A stretch of 64,000 nucleotides of DNA from Podarcis liolepis. Its lineage: Eukaryota. Below are positions 22,842 through 53,041 of this stretch, piece by piece. The stretch lies in the NCBI GenBank assembly GCA_965112155.1, contig OZ218107.1; one strand, written 5' to 3'. The position numbers and the translations under genes are program-made. Every line of letters begins with the position of its first letter. The first letter of the stretch is position 1. The notes under the pieces are model-generated. The model did not search any database. It was not told the DNA's origin and saw only the letters and a program-made list of their open reading frames with translations.

Positions 22842-23194
22842 GGACGTGGGTGGCGCTGTGGGTTAAACCACAGAGCCTAGGACTTGCCGATCAGAAGGTC
22901 GGCGGTTTGAATCCCCGCGACGGGTGAGCTCCCGTTGTTCGGTCCCTGCTCCTGCCAACCTAGCAGTTCGAAAGCACGTCAAAGTGCAAGTAGATAAATA
23001 GGTACCACTCCAGTGGGAAGGTAAACGGCGTTTCCGTGTGCTGCTCTGGTTCGCCAGAAGCTGCTTAGTCATGCTGGCCTCATGACCCGGAAGCTGTACG
23101 CCGGTTCCCTCGGCCAATAAAGCTAGATGAGTGTCGCAACCCCAGAGTCGGTCACGACTGGACCTAACAGTCAGGGGTCCCTTTACCTTTACTT
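22842..23194 (+). mobile_element. Sauria SINE (full length)
   Basis: tRNA-like head (GGTGGCGCTGTGGG...GGTTTGAATCCC), body, (ACCTTT)n tail; 13-bp TSD tatctact(g/a)aaat. Confidence 0.9.
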
Positions 23195-23499
23195 TATCTA
23201 CTAAAATAAATGTGTCAAAATGATTTACAGCTAAGTACTGTAAAAAACACTAATAAAGCAACAGAAATATATCAAAAACAGATTTAGTATTAATATGTTG
23301 CCCAAATGCCCATGAAAATAAATACATATTTGCCTGGTGCTAAAATGACATGGTTGGCACCCTGTGGACAGCATTCTATGAATGAGGTGACTATAAATGG
23401 TTTTTCTCTCTTTGCCACCCTCCTTACCCCTCAGAGGGGGCACACAAAGGAGGACTACAGATAACCATCTTTGGTTCTGGACAGATTCATATGAAGACA

Positions 23500-24110
23500 G
23501 TCTTTTAGGTAAATATATTTTCAAGGTCAAAACAGCACTTTGAACTGGGTACAGAAACAAACTGGCAGCCAATTTGTACTGGCCATGTCCCATGCTTTGT
23601 ATTAACGCCTTCTTGTTCCAGTTAACAATTTAATAGCTACATTCTGTATTAGCTGTGGTTTCCAAACAGTCTTCAAAGTTTAAACTGGAGATTACTAGAA
23701 AATAGACAAGCAAGGTCAGGCTATCCCTATCCAGACAGGGTTGTACCTGGGCTACCAGCCAAAGCTAGTAGAAGGCACTCTGTGCCATACTGAGGCTCCT
23801 CCTTGTGCCAAATGACTGGATTGAATCCAAGTGTACCCAACAGCACACTTGTTTCTTCAAGCGACACATCAAGGGAAGTGTAACCTCATTCAGAGAGACG
23901 AACCACCCAATAACGGGGTCACAGTGTTACGCTGACTGAGCTCCAGTTTGTTGGCTCTCACCCAGTCCATTACGAAAACCAGGCACTGATTCAGCACATC
24001 CACCTCACACCTGCTTTAGCTGTAACAAAGAATTCAAGTTGCATGTTGTCAACATATTGATGGTAGCACAGTCTTGAGACTCCAGATCATTCCACTATAA
24101 TGTTAAACAG
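23500..24110 (-). mobile_element. Old degraded L2-like LINE fragment
   Basis: Patchy similarity to the young L2 at 7900-8530 (e.g. gtcttcaaag, actggagattact). Confidence 0.45.
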
Positions 24111-24508
24111 CATATAAAACGACAGGGCTATCTGTTGCCTGGCCAATATCTTTCCACTTCCATCTGTCAGTCACATCTGTCCTTACCAATGCAAAATGGG
24201 AACAAATTCAACAGCTAACACAGGCAATTCAATCATCATTCCACAGGATAACTCATCAACCAAATTAATATTATACAAGAGACAGAGTACAGGTAGGCTA
24301 AAAGCTGATAAATTCAGCCATTCCAAATGTCATGAAAATCCAAGTCTTCATCAATACTTTTAATATTTTCTGAGATTTTTTTCACCCATGGAAATAAGTG
24401 GCCCTCAGCTCCCTATAGCTTTATATTGTGTGCACTGTATAAATGAATGGGGATTTCCTCTATTCTCTCACACTGAGATTTAAAAGTCTGGGTCTGGGTC
24501 AATCCTTA

Positions 24509-24871
24509 AAGGTAAAGGTACCCCTGCCCGTATGGGCCAGTCTTGACAGACTCTAGGGTTGTGCGCTCATCTCACTCTAGAGGCCGGGAGCCAGCGCTGT
24601 CCGCAGACACTTCCGGGTCACGTGGCCAGCGTGACGAAGCTGCTCTGGCGACCGGCACCAGAGCAGCACACGGAAACACTGTTTACCTTCCCGCTATAAA
24701 GCGGTACCTATTTATCTACTTGCACTTAAGGGTGCTTTCGAACTGCTAGGTGGGCAGGAGCTGGGACCGAACGACGGGAGCTCACCCCGCCGCGGGGATT
24801 CGAACCACCGGCCATGCGATCGGCAAGTCCTAGGCACTGAGGTTTTACCGACAGCGCCACCCGCGTCCCGC
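24509..24871 (-). mobile_element. Sauria SINE (full length)
   Basis: Reverse-complement homolog of 22842-23194; perfect 13-bp TSD GGGTCAATCCTTA. Confidence 0.92.
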
Positions 24872-26648
24872 GGGTCAATCCTTAGACAATGCTTATTACA
24901 CAAGTCTGAAACACAATAATTCTCAACTGTTGTAATCTTATGCAACTGAGCAGTCACCACTTTGACCTGTGATTTATTGTATTTCCTCATGTCATCAGTG
25001 AGAAGAAAAGCCCTAGTATTCTCAATATCATTAATTTTACCTTGCTCTTTTTATTAAGAACTGGCCACTAATTGTCAGATTTCAACAACTGACTGGATTG
25101 AATTTCATTATTGAGTGCTGAATAGTACAGTAACACACAGCTCTCTTGCAGTGCTTGAAATATTGTGACTCCACGCTACAAAGATACAGCATTTCCCTCT
25201 CTTCCTTATGTATTCCAGATATATACATGTCTACATAGTATGGGAATTTTTGTGTGGAAGAATTTTGTATTTTGAGAAGATAGGTGATTCTTCCACCTTG
25301 CTTATTGGCACATCCTACAGGCCCAGGAAAGCTTATGCTACAAAACATGTTAATCTTTAAAATACCAAAAAGCTTTCTTACTTTTCCTAAAGGTGCAGAC
25401 TAGATGGAACACCAATATAAAATATTTGTCCATCTAAAGAAACTTAAAATAACTAGATAAAAAACCCTCAAAAGAAATCTAGTCTTTGAGTGCTTGTACA
25501 GGTCAGCCTTCTAAGATGTGTTTTAAGAAAGGCACACATTTTTTCTACAAATGTCATGTATTTTAAGTGATTTTTAAATTTGAACTTTAGATTGTCCTAA
25601 CCTGGCCTGGGACCTGCTGGTGAAGAACAGGTAATAACAATAGCAGTAGCATTATTATTATTGCTTGTCTGCTGGCTTCTCAAAACACTGAAGTCCGTGG
25701 GGGCCGTTCAGTTTATTCCTAATGGATAAGAAATGCGAAACCAGGAATACCAGTGCCAAAACAAAAGCGCTTGGGCTGAGTGAGGCTTCACCGATTTACA
25801 CGACGCCTTTGAGCATTTGGAGATTAGTCCAGACACGTTTCAGCGCCACCTCCTCGCTCTCAAAATGAGGCTAAAAAACAAGGAAATAAAACGTTCTTGG
25901 CCTTGGGCGAAAGTCACGGAACGCAAGTATGATTGCTCGATTGCATAAGATTATCACCGCTCAAAGCGATTTATTTCAACCCCGTTTCATCAGCTTTTGC
26001 CAGGGATTATCCCGGGCGAGACAATCTGTCTCAGAGACAGAAGTAAATAGAGGCAATCCCCCATTCAATCACAAAATGGGTTGGGGTATTTGATTGGCTT
26101 TGGCATATGTACACTCCTTCTTATTGGCCGCCACGATCAAATTCTCGCCTTCTTTTCTCACCTACTCACCTTGGCCGTAATCTTGCTCTCTGATTGGCGG
26201 AGGCTCCACTCCCGCCTATTACTTAAATATTTGCCACGATTGGCGAGGAACTTTGTTTATCATGCATTCTTCCTTCCCATTGGCCGCGAGAAGGTAGAAA
26301 TATAACACCGCCCCGCTCCCACCCAGAGTTTCCAGAATAGAGATAAATAAAAATCCCGGTAGCGCTGCTGCCGCTGCTTTTATTTTCTGAACCAGAGGAA
26401 CCGCAAAAAGGGTCTTCGAAGGAGGCATATGGCTCATCCATATTAATAAGCTCTAGCTGCGGGTTGTCATAGCAATACAGCAATTACTGTATTAACAGTG
26501 CTGCTCCCCGATTGGTCAACAGGGTACTAAATTATTAAGCAGGCCCGTTCGGGGGGCGGAGCTCGGCGGGCTCCTCCGGCTCGGTCGACGCGAGGGGTGG
26601 GCGGGGCCTATGCTAATGAGGCCGGAGAAGGAGGCCGGGGCTGCCAAG

Positions 26649-44759
<18,111 letters not shown>

Positions 44760-45359
44760 ACATCGTTTTTAATCACTGCGGAATTCGCACCCTCCCCTTC
44801 TTCAACCCAAAAACCCAGAGCAGCCTAACCAAAATCCATCCCAGCTGATCTGCTACTGTGGAACTTCTCCTCCTCCTCCTCCCCTCCTGGAGAGGAGCCA
44901 CCGGGGGGACGCAGGGTTTACAGTTTAAGCTAACGAAGGTGACAAAAGCACACTTGGGACTGACCAGCTGCCGCCTTCTCCCTTTTTACCCCCCCCCGCC
45001 CAAACATTTTGTACATCGTGAGCTCTTAGTCATGATTTTTTATTAGTTTTTATTATGGTGGATGTTTGTGTGTGGTATGCGTGCGGATGAAGAATCGGGA
45101 GGCTCTAGGTATACAGAGTAAAGTAACTGCCTCCTCTTCTCTTCCCCACCCTGTCATATATATATTTTTGAAACTGACCCTGTGTCTGTGGTCTGCAATC
45201 AAGAATTCCTGAAATCCCATTCATACAAGTATGAATATGCTAGTTGGTTCGGAAGAGGTAGGAATTCCCCCCCCCCCCTTTCACACCAGTCAAACTGCGT
45301 GAGCCCTGGGCGGCCTCCTTTAAAGTACCAATGCCTGCAATTGGTAATCGACATGAAGG

Positions 45360-45360
<1 letters not shown>

Positions 45361-45392
<32 letters not shown>
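45361..45392. repeat. (AC)n microsatellite in GTPBP1 3' UTR
   Basis: Direct observation. Confidence 0.95.
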
Positions 45393-45394
<2 letters not shown>

Positions 45395-46634
45395 CAGCAG
45401 CATCCCAAAAGCTGGATTGATATGAGATCCTAGATCTCATAATTATGCACTTGTAAGCTTACTTTAAAAGCGAGACTTGTGGGAGGAGGTGGAGCAGGCC
45501 ACAAAAGCACTGGTGGCTTTGGTGTAAAGTCAACAAATTGATTTCACACAATCCTTTTTGGGCCTTGTGTTCAAAACCTACTATTTTTCTTGCAGTCAGT
45601 CATGGGTGCCTGCATATTCTGAATCCTGCCATATCTGGTTTTCTAACCAGCTACGTCAGATTGGGGAAAGGGAGAGACATTGCAAGTTGGCTTCTTCTGA
45701 CTCACCCATTTCTTCCCCGTGGTATCCAAGTGTATCTTTAAAGGCAGTGTTTCCTTCCCCTCCTCAAGAACTGACACTGTCAGTGGGCGACTTCTCCCTG
45801 CATATTTGTGCAATGCAAGAATTCATTTCTCCTCATTAGGGAAATGGGTGTTGCTGCCTGTAAGTGGGCATGGGCCTCTTAGTGTCTAGAAGCCAGCTTG
45901 CACCCCTCATTTCAGCCTCTCCTCAGAATCATAACTGTCGTGGGTTTAGACACACTCACTGTGTAAAAGCAGGAAGAGGTTTACTGGAGCCAGCTCTGAG
46001 CTGTGCTTTTAAATTTGGACACATGTTCAGGATTTTATAACTTTGATACACATTTGCTGCTTCTTTTTGAGGCACTTATTCTGAATTGACTTTTAACTGG
46101 CATCATGTTTTTGTTTAAAAACAAAAACCAGGTTTGTAGTTCACTGGTTTGTAGCTTTTAAAGTCTCTCCCCATGTCTCTCATATTGCTGTCTGCAACAT
46201 CATCCTAACATTTTTGAATGGCTGGAGTTTCCCAGAAGCTAAGAGTGAACACTGATGAGTAGGTAGGCATGGCTTATGGTCTACTTTCTTGCCTGAAACT
46301 TTGTGGGCAGCATCCTAAGCAGTGACAGTATTAATAACACTCTTGGGGAGAGAATGGAGCGTGCTGTGGCTAAAGGAAGACGGCAGCCTGTATCACTTGG
46401 TGCCTTGGGCGCCCGGTAGCGACACCCACCTCATGGCCTTCTATTTCCAAGGGAAGTGGAGACCTTGGTGTGGTGTCCTTTTTATTTTTTCTTCTCCTTT
46501 CATTCCTTAGTTCTGAAAGAGGAATGTGCAGTGCTGAAGTTTTCATTATAAAAAAAAAGCCACATGGTGCTGTGTTCTGTTTTGTGACCAGCATTTAAAG
46601 ACTACTGAGGCTGGCATGATGTAATAATAATAAT

Positions 46635-46672
46635 AATAAAAAGAAAGGTTTGTTTAAAGTTTTAAAATTAAA
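46635..46672 (+). terminator. Probable GTPBP1 polyA signals (AATAAA 46635, ATTAAA 46667)
   Basis: Followed by GU-rich ggctttgttgtttgtc. Confidence 0.6.
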
Positions 46673-49559
46673 TGGCTTTGTTGTTTGTCAGTTCTTACAA
46701 CTGTAGAGGGAATGAAGCAGTGACTGTGTTGGTACCTCTGAATCGGCATGTGTCAGAGGGAAGGCTTAGATGTTTTCAAGCAGGCATCATGCAAAGCTGA
46801 AGCTACTCCTTGAGATCAGGGCTGGCTGCTCTCCTGGGCTAGGAACACACCTTGGTTTTTGTGCCTAGTCAGGGGTGTTAGTAGTGCTGACCACAAGAGA
46901 AGGGTCATTTTGCTCACTGTATGCAAAATGAGCCCCTACTTTTTTTTCTTTTCTTTTGCTATTATTGACAAGAGTACAAAACTTTAAGGAGGGAGGTAGT
47001 TTATCAGTGTAATATTCAGGTGAACAGCATCCACATATTCCAGTGCATGTGAACTTTGTACCCTCTGGTGTTGGCAATAGGTATTTTACATTTTCCCCTC
47101 ATTTTTTCTCCAAGCAGCTCAAGGTTGGGGAGCAGTGTACACTATGACACTATGAAGAAGGTGAGGTGCAGAGACCAAAGGTCACTTGGTAAGCTTTATA
47201 TGGCCGTGTGGGGGTTTGAACCAGTGTCTTCCCCAGTCCTAGTCCTTATCTGACATTCTAACCACTGCATTTCAATCATGCTAGCTCCTGTCTGCTGAAT
47301 TCCTGCTGTTTGTGCAGCTGTTAAAGGCAAAGCAATAAAAGTTGGCAACCGGGCAGTATACCAGTGAACTTCAGCACCTAAGCAGAAGCTGAAAGGTATT
47401 GCCAATTTTTTAATAGGAGGAAAGGGCTTCTCTCTTAATAGTGACACATGGGGAAACGTCATTAGTTGTAGCATCCTCCCCCCTTGTGAGAAGGTGCATC
47501 TGCTGGAGAAATGCTGCCGGTCTGTTAAGCCTATCAAACACATGGAAAATGATTAAGTATTGCCAAACCTTGGTGGTGATCTTTCAGATGATAGGAACTG
47601 GAGAGAATGAACTTAACATTTAGTAAATATGTTGAAATGGTAGGTTTTAATTTTTTACACTTCTGTTTTCAGTACTTGTACCCTGCTCTTATAAGTGGAG
47701 CGGTTTTCAGAGTGGCTTAAATTGTACTTTAAACTTAAGTAGCAAAATATATTGAATGGTAGTTTGCAATGGACCAGGAGGCAATGCAGTTGGAACTCAG
47801 CTGTCCCACTTGCTTATTTATTGCATTTTTATAGTGTTTAAATTACCAAAGTCTCCCAAGTTAGTGGTCTGCAGTAGTTGCAAAATACAACTATGTTGGA
47901 AAGGGGCTAGAACCTGCAAACGTCTCTGCAGTCATGAACCCTGTTCTGTTTCCCATCTAGGCACAGATAAGAGAGCCAGGCTTTTGTTCGATTCATCAAA
48001 ATTGCTGCAATTAAAAATAAGGGCATTGGCTGAATTTTACAAGAGTATTTGTATCCACTCTTCAGTCAAAAAGGCTCCCAGAGCAGCTTACATACAATCA
48101 ATTGAAACAGGACAGTTTCTGCCTGCAGGCTTAGAATGTAAACAACACACAAGGGGGGATTTCTCCTTGCCCACCCTCCTTTCCCCCCTCTAATTGGCTT
48201 CATAATGTTGAGTTTGAATGTGTGTGTCCTGCACTGACTGAGGGCTCATCCACACTTCTGTACCTCCTGTCTGAGAAGTTTTTCTTCAGTCCCACTGCTT
48301 TCCCTGGGAAAACCTGCTGTGTATCACTGAATTGGAACAAATGTCAATCAAGTTTTCTGCAGATTACTGCTGAATTGGAACAAGCACCAAACAGTGGGGT
48401 TTCCCGGGGAAAGCAGTGGACTAAAGAAAAACCTCAGGCAGAAGGAACAGAAATGTGGACGACAGTGACAACAGCTCCAATGCAACTTATTTACAGCATA
48501 GTCTCTTCTCGCTAATGCTTCTAGCCTTCACCCTGGCCAAAAAGTGTCCCCTCTTCACCAATGGTCAGCTTCACCTTTTTAAAAAAAATTGTTTATTGTC
48601 TTGAGTTTCTTTTGCATAGGCATAAATTACAATCCAGAGATAGAAAATAAGGAACGGAACAGTGCAGCATTTGCAACAGGCTACATACAGTCTTAGATAC
48701 AAATCCAAGCACAATTGTACATAACTGTTTTCATAGGAGAATCATTATTATTAATACAGCACCATCAGTGTGCATGGTGCTTTACAGAGTACAACAGGCC
48801 AGGTCAAAAGTAAAGGGAGCGGGCAAAGAAGTCATGCTTTGGAAGGTGCCTCCTACTTGCTGTCGCCTTGCAAATGCCATCTGAGCACCTTGCTACTGAT
48901 CAGGGAGCTGACACAAGCATGAAATGCCTACAGTGGTCATGAAGCCATTATGTGCATGACTCACCAGCATTCTTCAACTGTTGACTCTTTGCTTGGTGTG
49001 GCTTTGAGTAGACCCTAGGACCAGGAACGTTTCATGCTTTTCCAAATACATTCATTCATAAGCTCACTGAATGTTCATTTGGTCACTCTAGATTTTTAAT
49101 CACTTTGTTGCACTTAGGGTCTGTTAAACACATCCTTTCTTTCCATGCAACTAGTAGAGCAGAGAAGCCTATCTACATAAATTATTGTATGGAGCCCAAC
49201 TGTGGGAAACTACCCCACAATGATCAACATGGGATTTATACACCCCTAAACAGACTTCTCCATTTTCTCCCAAGTACAACCTAGCCATCAACCTCTTTTA
49301 TGAGGAGTAGAGAACAGGTAAAAATCAGTGCTTATTACACCCCCCATCTTTTGGAGAGTACAAAGACAAGAGTAAGTTACCTATATTTTTTTTTGCCTAC
49401 AAAAAACACACAAGTTTTTATTAGAAATTCCCACCCCACCCCAACACCATAAGTTGACCTAGTGCTTTGTAGAAGCACAACAGGTTGCCTACCAAGCATG
49501 GTGAGCTGAAGCAAGCCTCTAAAACTGCCTAATTTCAGGCTACCTCGCCCAACATTGCC

Positions 49560-49790
49560 CCATCGCTGCAGAGAATCTGGAGCTGTATCACTCCCAGCTA
49601 ATAGCTATCTGCTCAAAGACATCCAGTAAGCAAAAGCCCAGCACCCCTCAAGGCAATTGGTTCCACTGTCAGATTGCTCTTACCTTTAAAGAAGTTTCTC
49701 CTAAGGTTTAACCACAATCCACCCTCCTGTAACAGCCTGGTTTTTTCCTAGCCCTTATTCTGTATTTCAGATGAAAAAAGCAGGAAAACC
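49560..49790 (-). mobile_element. Degraded CR1-like LINE 3' fragment
   Basis: ggcaattggttccactgtc...ctcttacc...gaagtttctcctaa resembles the antisense CR1 ORF2 end. Confidence 0.5.
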
Positions 49791-50204
49791 TGGCCAATGT
49801 ATTTTTGTAATGCAAACCGCACACACACACCTTCCAGAATGCTGCTTTTGCATGTCAGATGCAACTCCTGCCTGATATAAAGCAAGAGTTGCTTTTGACC
49901 ATGTGGTCCTTCTACTTGCTTTCTAGGAAAAAAACTGTTGGAACTGGCCTTTATTCTCTTGTTGCATGCAAGGGCATCAAAACACTTCACAAGGATTCTG
50001 CCATAGACCAAAGAGCATAGCAGTTATTACTGGACCCTGATAGAATGATGTGCCTCTTCTAATAGTGCAGGTCATCTTAACTGATCCTGCAAGCCGCATG
50101 GCTGTGTTAGCTGGAGCAGCTAACAGCACCAGACTGGGGAAGCTGTGAAATGCTTAGAAGATAAACTGTGTTGATGTACTTCCACAGTAGCTTAGCAAGA
50201 ATGC

Positions 50205-50247
<43 letters not shown>
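50205..50247. repeat. (GATA)n microsatellite
   Basis: Direct observation. Confidence 0.95.
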
Positions 50248-51877
50248 TGTGTTTAGTTAGCAATGCTAGGCCCTTTAGTTATAATCAGGATTATGTGTTA
50301 CCAGAAGCATCCAGGCAAAAGCTGTTGTTGGGGTGGAGGTGAGTGTATGCTAAATCCCACCACTACTCATGGTTTCAGGTTTAAAATAGGAAAGCTGCCC
50401 TCTTGTCATTTGAACTACCTTCATCAATCCTTATGACTTTTTTAACACTGAAGCTGTGAGATCCACGTAATACTGTTATTTCCTTATGGATATGTTCTGT
50501 TTCTTAGAATCACACAGAAGCTTGTCTTCTGTTCAACCCCTTATCTACTTGATGTGTGTCATTATGTAATTAATTTATATACTGCCAAAGTGGCTTCTAC
50601 ACATAACTAATGCCACTTTCCTGTTATAGCATCCTCAAAAGGTTGTGCCCTTGATCATATTTACTCAAGAGTCTACTTGGCCCCTCGATATAGTTGAGAA
50701 ACCAGCTGTATTCTATATAGCTTGGGGAACTACTCAAGCTGGACACAGCATTAGCCCACTCCTCTTGGGATTTAGGATGAAGACAAATGCTTCTCCCTCC
50801 AGGAGTGAGAGTGGGTTTTTCTGCTATGGGGCAAACCCTGTTTTTCCTCCTGCCACACTGACTTCTCCACTGACATAACAAATCTGCGGCCAGTATGAAT
50901 TTTTGCAGCTTCTCACTCCCCTTTTCAGGCACAACTTAGCTTTTGCCAGTTCCCCAAATGCCCGTATGTCTTATATTTCTAAATGTTTATTTGGTGCCAT
51001 CCCTAAGTGGACATTGTTGCTATGGCCAAGCCCAAATGAAAAGCGATGGGCCAGCTGTTGTGGCAATCGGCACTCTCCACAGATAGCTGGAAGGGAGGTG
51101 GGAAGGACACAGCCTCCTGCTTATGTTAAGGACTAGCTTATCGGAACTCCGCACAGCCAGCTTGCCCTGAAAATAAAAGGCAGGTAGGAAAGAAACCCTG
51201 ATTGCTCCTACATTAATTTCAGTTCAGAAATTTTCATTACTCAGCACTGCCCATGTGTTTTCAGCCTTAAGTTTGGTAAAAGCCTAGATGAAGGCACTAT
51301 TTTATGAGATACTGTATCCATACCAGGAAGGCTGTCCCTCCAGAGTACAACTGTTACTGCTGGCAACTACAGATACCTATTTACTATAAATAACTAGTCA
51401 GCAAATGTTAATGTTAAGCAAATGTAACAAATTCTGACCTTTATTACCTTACCCAAGTAGTCATGAGATTTCCCGTATGGGCTAGTCTATATATTGCAGA
51501 AGAATGAGGCAATCACAGAGAGCGTACCACTTCAGAGTAAAGATGGGTATGTATGCCATTTTTTAAAATATCCTTTGCAAATTAAAATAAAAACTGGCAT
51601 AGCAGGGAGAGAAATCCCACCTTTATTCCTCTGCTAGTTTTCTACTAACAGTATGGACGGGAAAATGCAAGGCTGTCCATTGTACCACCTCAGAACTTGA
51701 GCTGCTTATACTACCTAGTCTTATTGCACGTGGGGATCAGGTGCAGAAACGTGGAAAGATTTTCCTCACCCTTTTTGACCATATGAACCCACTGGGCATT
51801 GCAGCAGCATGTGAGTTAAAACCTGCAGAACAAGAGCCAAGCACCCCTTGTTTCCTTTACAATGGAAGAAAATGAAG

Positions 51878-51883
51878 TTTATT
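51878..51883 (-). terminator. Candidate SUN2 polyA signal
   Basis: AATAAA on minus strand about 1.05 kb after the stop, with U-rich downstream sequence. Confidence 0.45.
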
Positions 51884-52924
51884 TGAAGCAGGGCTCATCA
51901 AGGCCCTGTAAGCTCTATTTTAAGATTGGGGCACATTCTCTGAGATAACGGGTGTCTCTGAACATGTACAGAATGCTTCCCCTTGCCACTTAACAAGCAG
52001 CCCTGCCACACCTGGGAGTTAGGCTAAGCAAGCACGACCGTGCTGGCCAGACAATATTCATTCCCTCTAGAAAATTAAGCGTTGTAGAATGGGAATGAGT
52101 TCCAACAGGGATACATATTAGCAGAGCTAAGCAGTTCCATTAGAAAACCAACTCTGAGCACTGAGTAGTGCTCTTCTCCCATCTTTCAACATGGCAGCCT
52201 TTGTTGTTAAATACTTAACCTGACAGGGCAAGCCCATGCATGTTCACGCTGAAGTAATTCCCACTAAGCAAAATGGGGCTTACTTGCTAGTAAGCTTGGT
52301 TAGGATTGCAGCCTCTCTCATTTAAATAAACATCAATTTCCCCCTCTTGTCTTTTTCTACTGTGCAGGCTTCTTTTGCAGCCAACGCCAAACCACTTTTT
52401 ACAGTGTGATAAACAAAAAATTAAACCTTTCCAACCCAGGAAAGGGAAAAACAACAGCATGGGGTCTCCTACTACCCTTATCAAAGAAAAATTCCATAGA
52501 TACACTCCCCCCCACCAAAATATAATATTGTTACATAAACACTGATAGAACTATGACAGTATCATGGCACAGCTTTCTAAAGGAACACCCAGAAACTATT
52601 TTTCCTTGATGGTGGAGGGGGAAGAGATGAACTGCATAGGCTTTTGTTTTTTTCAAAAAGCTGAATATAAAATACCAAAAATCAAGAAGCCCTCTTTCTC
52701 CCTCTGCATACTGAAAGGTACCCCCACCCCCTGCCCTTAGGAGAGAACCAATTGACCAGGATAGGAATTTTGAAGTCTCCATGCTTCCCCTCGTAACAAA
52801 AAGAAGCGTCACTCATCCCAAGTTGCTCTCCTTTCCAACACTGCTTTTCTCCGTCTGCCTTTTGTCAGTCTGAGGCGCAGAACTTGAGGTAGCCAGTGAG
52901 CAAGGCTGCGGCATGCAGGAGGGG

Positions 52925-53041
52925 TTAAGGGACCGGCTCCCCATGCACGCGGAAACGATAAATACAGGTGTACTCCGGGTGGCCCCAGTTGCTGAGAACT
53001 CTAAGCTCAATAAGCTGGAAAGCTGCAATCCTGCCTTCATC
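52925..53041 (-). CDS. SUN2: SUN2 last exon
   Basis: DEGRIAAFQLIELRVLSNWGHPEYTCIYRFRVHGEPVP-TAA. Confidence 0.96.
   Translation of the reverse strand, partial: DEGRIAAFQLIELRVLSNWGHPEYTCIYRFRVHGEPVP

Noticed and set aside
25841-25858. CTCF-like site cagcgccacctcctcg
   Set aside because: Only half of the motif matches; cannot be supported without a PWM or ChIP data.
26610-26648. In-frame N-terminal extension of GTPBP1 ([13 protein letters not shown])
   Set aside because: These ATGs have weak context and sit in a promoter motif next to a GC box, probably at or upstream of the TSS. The ATG at 26649 has an optimal Kozak and matches orthologs.
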